NCBI GenBank assembly: GCA_002319915.1
Contig: DCFQ01000038.1
Coordinates: 3,370 to 67,369 of the forward strand
Direction: 5' to 3'
DNA length: 64,000 bases
Source of the DNA: Bacteroidales bacterium UBA1800
GTDB taxonomy: Bacteria; Bacteroidota; Bacteroidia; Bacteroidales; VadinHA17
This document shows positions 45,662 through 53,372 of this stretch, one piece after another. The first letter of the stretch is position 1. The number at the start of each line of letters is the position of its first letter. The position numbers were made by a program, and so were the translations under genes. The notes under the pieces were generated by a model that saw nothing but the letters and a program-made list of their open reading frames with translations, did no database searches and was not told the origin of the DNA.

Positions 45662-45807
45662 AAATCATGCAATCGTGCAATCGTGCAATCATGTAGTAGC
45701 GAAGCGTAGATCCCGACCAGCGCGTCGGGACAATCATGCAATTAAACCAGTTACAAGCAATCAGCAACCAGCAGACCAACTCTCCGCCTGACGCCTGACG
45801 CCTTCCG
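45662..45807. repeat. composite intergenic palindromic element, inverted copy of the 13.2-kb element
   Basis: It contains GTGCAATC words in tandem at 45670-45693. The hairpin TCCCGAC-CAGCGC-GTCGGGA lies at 45711-45730. The 46 nt at 45696-45741 are the exact reverse complement of 13233-13278. A CAGCA-rich arm and CCTGACG x2 words extend up to the pmbA stop codon. Confidence 0.85.
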
Positions 45808-47124
45808 CTATATCCCGCTCAGATCAACGTTTTCGAACATCAGCGACGGGATTTTCAGTGAGGAATTCTCCTGCACATCGCTTCCGAGTTCCGCCAGGCT
45901 GAACCAGAACTTTGTCATGTTGCCGGTGATGTTCATTTCATTTACGGGATGGCCGAGGTTCCCGTCCTCGATGAGGAACCCTTCGATGCCGTACGAGAAA
46001 TCCCCTGTCGAACCGTTATTGTTCCCGCCGATGAATCCTGTAATGAGAACTCCTTTCTTGACCGACCTGATCATTTCCTCGAGAGTCCGGGTACCGGGTG
46101 TTATGACGCTGTTCGAAGAACTGCCGGATGTCGGCTTCATCCCGAGCTTTTTGCCGTAGTAGTTATCGATAAAGTACTCCCTTAGTATCCCTTTTTCGAT
46201 GATCGGCCTTCTGATGGCGGCAAAGCCTTCGCCGTCGAACAGCCTCGAGCCCTGGCCCGAAACGATAAACGGATCATCATAGACGGAGAAGAGGGGAGAA
46301 GCGATGGGTTTCCCGGCCTTTCCGATCAGGAATGACTGCTTCTGATAGATCGAGCTGCCGGAAAGAGCGTCGTAAAGCGGGTATGCCAGCCTTCCCGCAA
46401 CCCTGTTCTCGACAATTACCTGGTACTTTCCCGATTCGATCTTCCTGGGATCGATCTTCTTAAGGACTCTGTCGAGCGCTTTTTGCCCGATCCCGTCGGT
46501 CTTCAGCTTATCAAGGAAAATGGCATTTTCGTCCCAGTAATCCGACGGCCGTCCTGTGTTGCTCTTTACGGAGACGCTTACGGTGAGGTAGACCCCGGTA
46601 TTTTGTGAATCACCCCTGAAGCCGTTGCTGGTCGCCATCACCTGGTTGGAAATATTGTCCGAATAGTAAGAGCTCACGGAAATGATCCGGTCGTCTTTCT
46701 TGTAAGCCTCGTTCAGCGCCTTATTGGCAAGGTCGATCTTCGTCTTTGCGTCAATGCCGTCAACTGCCGGGTCAAATGTCTTAAGATCCGGGCCGCCCCC
46801 CCTGTAATAGAGTTCAGGATCGGGGAGGCTCCTGAATTCATCCTCTGCAAGGTATTTCGTAGCTGCCACGGCATCGTCGACGAATTTCAGGATGTCCTCC
46901 TTTTTCAGCCTGTTCGTTGAATGGGAGGAGTACTTCTTATCCACGTACAGGTCGATCGAGAGGCTGTTCCGGTTCGATTCCTTCAGGTTATCTATCTTCT
47001 GGTCCCTGATCTCGATATTATTGCTCCTGTTCTCATAAATATTGACTGAGGCCTGCTGAGCCCCGCTCTTAAGGGCGCGTTCGATTGCAAGATCAGCAAG
47101 GTCATATTTTTCTTTTGTATTCAT
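45808..47124 (-). CDS. pmbA: PmbA/TldE-type TldD/PmbA family protein (no signal peptide)
   Basis: 438 aa with a TldD/PmbA family layout and no HExxxH motif. It lies 21 nt downstream of the tldD-like gene. Confidence 0.8.
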   Translation of the reverse strand: MNTKEKYDLADLAIERALKSGAQQASVNIYENRSNNIEIRDQKIDNLKESNRNSLSIDLYVDKKYSSHSTNRLKKEDILKFVDDAVAATKYLAEDEFRSLPDPELYYRGGGPDLKTFDPAVDGIDAKTKIDLANKALNEAYKKDDRIISVSSYYSDNISNQVMATSNGFRGDSQNTGVYLTVSVSVKSNTGRPSDYWDENAIFLDKLKTDGIGQKALDRVLKKIDPRKIESGKYQVIVENRVAGRLAYPLYDALSGSSIYQKQSFLIGKAGKPIASPLFSVYDDPFIVSGQGSRLFDGEGFAAIRRPIIEKGILREYFIDNYYGKKLGMKPTSGSSSNSVITPGTRTLEEMIRSVKKGVLITGFIGGNNNGSTGDFSYGIEGFLIEDGNLGHPVNEMNITGNMTKFWFSLAELGSDVQENSSLKIPSLMFENVDLSGI

Positions 47125-47145
47125 AACAAAAACATTTTCAATTTA

Positions 47146-48672
47146 TTAAACATTAACTCCGCCCACTGTCAGTTTCCTGATCTTTACCGTTGGTATACCC
47201 ATCGAGTTTGGCGCTCCCTGGCCGTTTTTTCCGCAAGTCCATACTCCGCCGTCAATGAGCATATCATCTGCTACCATTACAATATCCGACAGCGCCTGGG
47301 GGCCGTTGCCGATGATATTGAAATCCTTGATGGGCTTGGTGAGCTTCCCGTCCTCTATGAGATATCCGAATTTCACGAAGAAGGTGAAGTCTCCCTGGCC
47401 GATATTCACTTCGCCGTTGCTGAAGTTCTCCACATAAACGCCATTCTTTACGCTGGCAATGATCTCATCCCTTTTATGCGGGCCGTTCTCCATGTACGTG
47501 CTTCTCATCCTGGGGATCGGGATATTGCGGAAATCCTGCCTCCTTCCGTTCCCCGTCGGCTCTACCTTATAGTATTTGGAGCTTATCCTGTCGTGCATAT
47601 AGCTTGTCAGTATCCCTTTGTCCACAATTATGGTCTTCTGGGTCGGATTGCCCTCATCGTCAATATTTATCGAGCCCCTTCTTCCCGGGAGCGTTCCATC
47701 ATCTGCAATCCTTACAAAGTCCTCGGCAACTTTCTTGCCCATCTTGTCCGAAAAGATAGAGAGGTTCTTCCTGTTGAAGTCGGCCTCGAATGCATGGCCG
47801 ATCGCTTCATGAAGCAGGATCCCGGATTCACCCGGGGCCATCACCACTTCCATCTCGCCTGCTTTTGGTTTGCCGGCGGTGAAGAGCATTGCCGTTTTTT
47901 TAACAACCTCTGCGGACATCTCGTCGACAAGGTCGTTCGTCAGGAATTCCGATCCCATCCGGTTTGAACGGCCGACGAAGAAATTCTCGATCTGCCCGTT
48001 CTGCTCCATGATGCACATGCCGTACATCATCACCATTGGCCGGTAATCCCACACAAGGCGGCCTTCAGAATTGAAGAACAGAATATATGAAGTTGAATCG
48101 CCGAGAACGGCATTCACCTTGGTGACCCTTTTGTCAGCTGCAAAAATATTGTCGTTCATGCGCTGGATGTATGGGATCTTATCTTTTATTACGGTATTTT
48201 CCCATGACTGTTTTACCGGGTAGAAATTCGGGGCCAGGTACTCATTCACCCTTACCGGGGAGACACTGGAACTGCCGTCGGCGATGTTGGCGGCGGTCCG
48301 GGCGGCCTTAAGCATCGCATCCGGAGACACATTTTCCGAATAGGCATAGCCTGTCTGTTCTCCCTTGATTACCCTTATCCCGACACCGTAGGCGATGTTG
48401 GAATACGCACTGTTTACTTTGCCGTCTTCGAGGGCACTGTAGTTATCCAGTGTATGTTCAAAAAAGAGGTCGGCATAATCTGCTCCTTTTTCCATTGCTG
48501 CGGAGATCACCTTATGCAGGAGTTCCTGGTTTACTTCAAAATGGTTCATGTAGCTTCCGGCATTGTCGGAGAGCGGTTTGCCCGTACATGACTGAAGGAA
48601 CTGGGGAATGATAATCGTACCTGCTGCAGTGAGACCGCTGATCTTGATGAATTCGCGGCGTTTGATACTCAT
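47146..48672 (-). CDS. tldD: TldD-type metalloprotease with twin-arginine signal
   Basis: 508 aa with an N-terminal Tat motif (SIKRREFIKISGLTAAG), the metal-binding motif HEAIGH (HExxxH) and a C-terminal GGV motif. Confidence 0.85.
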   Translation of the reverse strand: MSIKRREFIKISGLTAAGTIIIPQFLQSCTGKPLSDNAGSYMNHFEVNQELLHKVISAAMEKGADYADLFFEHTLDNYSALEDGKVNSAYSNIAYGVGIRVIKGEQTGYAYSENVSPDAMLKAARTAANIADGSSSVSPVRVNEYLAPNFYPVKQSWENTVIKDKIPYIQRMNDNIFAADKRVTKVNAVLGDSTSYILFFNSEGRLVWDYRPMVMMYGMCIMEQNGQIENFFVGRSNRMGSEFLTNDLVDEMSAEVVKKTAMLFTAGKPKAGEMEVVMAPGESGILLHEAIGHAFEADFNRKNLSIFSDKMGKKVAEDFVRIADDGTLPGRRGSINIDDEGNPTQKTIIVDKGILTSYMHDRISSKYYKVEPTGNGRRQDFRNIPIPRMRSTYMENGPHKRDEIIASVKNGVYVENFSNGEVNIGQGDFTFFVKFGYLIEDGKLTKPIKDFNIIGNGPQALSDIVMVADDMLIDGGVWTCGKNGQGAPNSMGIPTVKIRKLTVGGVNV

Positions 48673-48810
48673 AACTTGTAGTGGTTAGTGTGATTTTTAA
48701 AAAGTGATTCGAATGATCTTTATAGTTCTGTCAGGTTTTTCCCGTGAAATGAAAACAATAATTAAAGACGGAGAGGGATTAAAAACGTTGCGCAGAAGTC
48801 CGGAAAAAGG

Positions 48811-48880
48811 TTACACGGAGGAACCAGGAGTTTGTTTTATCCGTGAATCCTCAGTGCCTCCTCCGTGCCCTCCGTGTAAC
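48811..48880. repeat. CGGAG/CTCCGTG palindromic element, complete copy
   Basis: A perfect 11-bp terminal inverted repeat pairs TTACACGGAGG (48811-48821) with CCTCCGTGTAA (48869-48879). Internal CTCCGTG words are present. The element lies downstream of the GH2 stop codon. Confidence 0.9.
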
Positions 48881-48888
48881 AAATTTTT

Positions 48889-51432
48889 CTATTTTACAAT
48901 CTTGAGCTCCACTATACTTCCCTTCAGCCCCTTTGAGTCGGCCCTGACCACAAACGATCCCGTGGCTCCCTTTTCCGCTTTCACTATCACCAGGCACAGT
49001 CCGTTGTAGGCTTTCCTCGATGATGCCTGGAAAGGATCATGGCTCGTGGCATCCCCATTGTCAACCGCGACTATCTTCCCCGGGCCTGAGATGCTGAAGC
49101 TGACAAGGTTGCCGGTTCCCGGGACAAGATTCATATTCTTGTCCTCGATCCTGATTGTTACAAATGCAAGGTCAGAACCGTCGGCTGAAATTCCGGTACG
49201 ATCGGCCGCTGCTGAAAGCTGTGAGGCTTTTCCGGTAGTAACGACCTTGTCCTCGGCCCATTTCTGACCATTCTTATAGGCGACTACCTTCACTTCACCC
49301 GGCTGGTAGATCACACTGTCCCACACCAGCCTGTACTCGAACTGGCCTTTCTGCTTTTTCCCGAGAGATTTTCCGTTGAGGAACAATTCAGCTTCATCTC
49401 CCGAGGTATAGACGTGCACCGGGGTAACGAGCCCTTTCCTTCCGGGCCAGTTCCAGTGGGGCAGGATATGGGCCATCGGAAGTTCAGGCTTCCAGCGAGA
49501 CTGGTAGAGGAAATAGCGGTCTTTCGGGAACCCCGCCAGGTCGATGATCCCGAAATAGCTGCTGCGGGAGGGCAATTCCGTGGTCCCGAGGAACTCGAGG
49601 AGCTTTTTTGTTTCCTTGTATCCCCAGTCGGAGGGTTTTGCTCCTGAAAGATCGTAGTATGGAGTGGGTTCGCCAATATAATCAAAGCCGGTCCAGACGA
49701 ACTCGCCGTATGTTGCAGGATACTTGTCGAGCATCGTCCACTGCTGGTCAGGTGTCGTAGCCCAGCCGGGGTATGCAACGTCGTATGAAGTGATCTGGAA
49801 GATCCCCTTCCCGGGAAGGTTCTTGTCAATGACACCTGTGACGACCGGGAAGTAATATTCACCCCTCGAGCTGATGGTCGAGGCCGATTCGCTGGAATGG
49901 ATCCCGATACAAGCATTGTCCTTTAGCGCAAAGAACTTCTCATACTGGCCGAGGTTATAGTTGATCCCGAAAACATCGATTGTTTTCTGGAATCCGTTCG
50001 TTCCCGAAGTCGGATAGTTGCATCCCGAGGTTACCGGCCTGGTGTCATCTTCGGATTTGACGATGGTACGGAGCTCATCTGCAAGGTAGAAGTTCATCTG
50101 GTCGGGAACTTCGTTGCCGATGCTCCACAGGATGACCGACGGATGGCTCCTGTCGCGACGCACCATCGTCTTGAGGTCCTCAGCATGCCATGCATCGAAA
50201 TCGGCGCTGTAGTCATTCTCCTTCTTCCCTATCCTCCATGTATCGAAAGCTTCCACCTCCATCATGAAGCCCATCCTGTCGCAAAGGTCGACAAGCTCGG
50301 GTGCAGGAGGATTGTGACTGGTCCTTATTGCATTGCATCCCATTTCCTTCAGGATCCTGAGCTGGCGGGTTGCAGCGCTTATATTGAAAGCAGAGCCGAG
50401 CGCCCCCAGGTCGTGGTGGTTGCAGACGCCGTTTATTTCAACCCTTTTCCCGTTAAGGTACAGCCCGTCGCGAGGTGTGAAATTAATTGTCCTGAATCCG
50501 AAGTTCGACTCGCAGACGTCCTCAGTTTTGCTCCCGTTCATTACGGTCACGACTGCTTTGTACAACTCGGGATGATCTATGTCCCACATTACAGGGTTTT
50601 TCACGGGGATATCGAGGCGAAAATCGTGATTCCCGCTGGCTGGCAGCATTGCCGTCACAGCCGTCGATTCGGCAGCCGCCGGGGTCACGGCATTCCCGTT
50701 CGCATCCAGCTTGAACACCGCCACTTTAACCGTTACCGGTAGGGGCTCGTTGATATGGCTTTCAATTTCTGCCTTTACGCTGAGCATCCCTCTCTCTTTC
50801 TTCACTTCGGGAGTGGAACAGAATACTCCGTTTTGCCTGATATGCAGTTGGGAGGTCTTAACAAGCCAGACGTTCCTGTAGATGCCCGCGCCGGGGTACC
50901 ATCTCGATCCCCAGTTTTTTGTGTCAAGCCTGACAGCGATAAGGTTTTCAGCGCCAAAGCTGACATACGGGGTGAGGTCGAGCCTGAAGGATGTGTAACC
51001 GTACGGCCATTCCCCGACATATTTCCCGTTCATCCATACTTTGGCATTCGCCATGGCGCCGTCGAAATCGATGTAAATTCGTTTTCCCTGGTCTGACTGA
51101 TCAATCCTGAAATGTTTCCTGTACCAGCCGATGCCTCTCCAGGGCAGCAACCCGGTCTCGTTGTCGAGATTATCGTCGAACGGGCCCTCGATTCCCCAGT
51201 CATGAGGCACATCGAGCGATCTCCAGCCCTTATCGTCAACTGAAGGTAGCTGAAGGTCCGCCGGCTCCTTGCCGGTTGTCACGTCCTCATCAGAGGCGCT
51301 GGTGAATTTTACAAACCTCCACCCCTCATTGAAGGATTCCCTGGAACGGGGGGAATTCTGCGCAAAGAGGCCTGTATTGCAGGCAGAAAGCAGCAAGACT
51401 CCTGCCATGAAGAAGAGAAAAAAATGTTTCAT
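48889..51432 (-). CDS. glycoside hydrolase family 2 lipoprotein (beta-galactosidase/glucuronidase-like)
   Basis: 847 aa with a lipobox (LSAC) and GH2 blocks NAIRTSHNPP and WSIGNE (acid/base Glu region). Confidence 0.9.
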   Translation of the reverse strand: MKHFFLFFMAGVLLLSACNTGLFAQNSPRSRESFNEGWRFVKFTSASDEDVTTGKEPADLQLPSVDDKGWRSLDVPHDWGIEGPFDDNLDNETGLLPWRGIGWYRKHFRIDQSDQGKRIYIDFDGAMANAKVWMNGKYVGEWPYGYTSFRLDLTPYVSFGAENLIAVRLDTKNWGSRWYPGAGIYRNVWLVKTSQLHIRQNGVFCSTPEVKKERGMLSVKAEIESHINEPLPVTVKVAVFKLDANGNAVTPAAAESTAVTAMLPASGNHDFRLDIPVKNPVMWDIDHPELYKAVVTVMNGSKTEDVCESNFGFRTINFTPRDGLYLNGKRVEINGVCNHHDLGALGSAFNISAATRQLRILKEMGCNAIRTSHNPPAPELVDLCDRMGFMMEVEAFDTWRIGKKENDYSADFDAWHAEDLKTMVRRDRSHPSVILWSIGNEVPDQMNFYLADELRTIVKSEDDTRPVTSGCNYPTSGTNGFQKTIDVFGINYNLGQYEKFFALKDNACIGIHSSESASTISSRGEYYFPVVTGVIDKNLPGKGIFQITSYDVAYPGWATTPDQQWTMLDKYPATYGEFVWTGFDYIGEPTPYYDLSGAKPSDWGYKETKKLLEFLGTTELPSRSSYFGIIDLAGFPKDRYFLYQSRWKPELPMAHILPHWNWPGRKGLVTPVHVYTSGDEAELFLNGKSLGKKQKGQFEYRLVWDSVIYQPGEVKVVAYKNGQKWAEDKVVTTGKASQLSAAADRTGISADGSDLAFVTIRIEDKNMNLVPGTGNLVSFSISGPGKIVAVDNGDATSHDPFQASSRKAYNGLCLVIVKAEKGATGSFVVRADSKGLKGSIVELKIVK

Positions 51433-51471
51433 ATTTTGGTTTCTCTTTAGGATTCTGTTTTAAAGATATCA

Positions 51472-53103
51472 CTATTTCCTCACAAATTTTCCGGTAATCT
51501 CCCCGCCATCCAGAAAAATCACCTTTATGATATAGATCCCCGACGGAAATCCGCCCAGGTCGAGGGTGGTCCCGTAGTTCAGACCTCCGCTGTTATCGAA
51601 CACAGGCATTCCTGTAATATTAAAGATCCTTATCGCCGAAATATATGTATCAGACTCGATATGAAGATATTCTGAAGCCGGATTGGGAAAGATCCTGAGG
51701 ACCGGTGTGTGTTTGTTTATGTTGCCAATTGATGCACCGAGCATGTGTCTGTCGAGCCAGTCGAGGCGCCTCGATATCCAGCTTTTGAATTTGACGATCT
51801 CGCCTGAATATGTTAGAGGCTGGTCGCCGTATTCCGGTGTCCCCACGTTGATCCCGAGTATCTTCCATTTTTCGTAATGGCGTTCCTGGGCCTCATCAAG
51901 CAGGTTTGCCACAGAATCGATTATATGATTTATGGAAGATTCGCTGAGCAGGCTTTTGCGGAGCGTGAAGTACCTGTCATGTATGTTCCCTGCAAACACC
52001 GGGTCCTGCAGCAGCCTGACCTCCCACGACGGGGCGATTGGCCAGTTGCTGCATTCATTCACCTTGTACGCCCAGCCTGAACCGTCTGTCTGATCAAAAT
52101 GGATGCAGTTCTCGGTGATGTCCTTCCAGGCCCAGTCGAAGTCCCACGGAGGGCCCGAGTGAATGAGCCTGCTGTGGCTGTCCTTGTCCTTGAAGAAGAA
52201 CCGGCTCTTCTTATAGGCGTCAACATTTCGTGAAAGCTCGCCGATAAGGAAATAGTCGACAAACGAGCTGACGTCCAGCCATGCCCTGTAGCCGGTCCGA
52301 CTGTCAGTGAATCCCGAACCATAAAGCACCGACTCGAATGAGTTCACATAATCAGCCAGGTATTTTCTCTGCTGAACTGTAATGTCTTCGGGGGAAGGGT
52401 CAAAATATACAAAATAGACATCTGCGCCAGGCTTGTTTACCGGTGAATAGTTGCTGTGCCACGAGTTGAAGGAATCATAATAGTCGGTCTTGAAGATATA
52501 GCCACCTGTCATGTCGTTCCCGCTGATCTCGAGCGGGGTAAGGTTTGCAATATTCACCCTGCCGCTGTCCTGCTTGATCTTTTCACAGAGGAGGTAGATC
52601 CCCTGGTACTCGCCGTTCATGGTGACCTCGCAAAACCTTGACCGCGTGGAGTAGTGCCCCATCTCCCGGAACAGCTCGAACGCCAGGTAGTTCCGCAGGA
52701 AGCTCTTGTCGTTATAGTTGGCGGTCAGGATCCAGTCATTTTCCTCCGGCATACCCAGGATCGGGACATTCAGGTTATTCCCCGCCGGATCGCGTGTCTC
52801 AAACCCATATGGCTTCTGTGGAAGGTACGCAGAATACCTTCCCCTTATCTCGATCCCGACACTGCCCGAATAGACATTCCCCGGATCTGTGATCAGGTTC
52901 CGGGCGCCGTGGGGATTGCTTATTATCTCCATCAGAGCCGTTATCTTGGGTTCATCCTGTATTGCCTCACCATCCGTAGTGGTGATCTTTACAATGGGGA
53001 GATTTGACGAGAGCAGGACCACCGGATCGGTATCTGTTTGTGAATGAACAGGTTGTAGGACCCAAAAAATCAGGAGTAAGGGGAGGATCAGGTATTTTGT
53101 CAT
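51472..53103 (-). CDS. CotH-like kinase-fold protein with T9SS C-terminal sorting domain
   Basis: 543 aa with a signal peptide and CotH-like blocks (NYNDKSFLRNYLAFELFREMG, GGYIFKTD). The C-terminal 75 aa or so carry a FPNPASEYL ... GIYIIKV pattern typical of T9SS type A CTDs. Confidence 0.7.
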   Translation of the reverse strand: MTKYLILPLLLIFWVLQPVHSQTDTDPVVLLSSNLPIVKITTTDGEAIQDEPKITALMEIISNPHGARNLITDPGNVYSGSVGIEIRGRYSAYLPQKPYGFETRDPAGNNLNVPILGMPEENDWILTANYNDKSFLRNYLAFELFREMGHYSTRSRFCEVTMNGEYQGIYLLCEKIKQDSGRVNIANLTPLEISGNDMTGGYIFKTDYYDSFNSWHSNYSPVNKPGADVYFVYFDPSPEDITVQQRKYLADYVNSFESVLYGSGFTDSRTGYRAWLDVSSFVDYFLIGELSRNVDAYKKSRFFFKDKDSHSRLIHSGPPWDFDWAWKDITENCIHFDQTDGSGWAYKVNECSNWPIAPSWEVRLLQDPVFAGNIHDRYFTLRKSLLSESSINHIIDSVANLLDEAQERHYEKWKILGINVGTPEYGDQPLTYSGEIVKFKSWISRRLDWLDRHMLGASIGNINKHTPVLRIFPNPASEYLHIESDTYISAIRIFNITGMPVFDNSGGLNYGTTLDLGGFPSGIYIIKVIFLDGGEITGKFVRK

Positions 53104-53337
53104 ATGGAGATAAAACTAACAAATTTTAGCAATGTCATAAAGGATGGATATCATTTATTTCAAGCCTTAAAAATCCAATTTTAAACATACCCCTGGACAA
53201 ATGAGAAAATTTACTTTTTTCACCGGTGCTTCGGTCGGGAACGTCACCCCGTTCCAATTTATATTTTCACGCTGTGGAGGGATATGTGCTTCACTTTGAT
53301 TTTACTTATGTCTTATTGCTTTTGCCTTTTGTCTTTT

Positions 53338-53345
53338 TACTTTTG
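53338..53345 (+). promoter_or_regulatory. candidate Bacteroidota -7 promoter box (TACTTTTG)
   Basis: The sequence matches TAnnTTTG and lies 28 nt upstream of the ATG at 53373. It spans the junction of a 14-nt tandem repeat. Confidence 0.3.
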
Positions 53346-53372
53346 TCTTTTTATACTGTAAATCTGTCACGA

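Noticed and set aside
48704-49009. A 101-aa plus-strand ORF running through the 48.8-kb spacer into the GH2 gene.
   Set aside because: It reads straight through the palindromic repeat element (SSVPPPCPPC comes from the CTCCGTG words) and then runs antisense to the GH2 3' end. It is not a credible gene.
53226-53372. Upstream-extended start codons from the ORF track: 53226, 10935, 23927, 38916, 17103 and 14672.
   Set aside because: The extensions add non-homologous N-terminal residues ahead of a clear signal peptide or conserved N-terminal motif, and several use GTG or TTG. I preferred the internal ATGs at 53373, 10998, 23963, 39003, 17133 and 14681.
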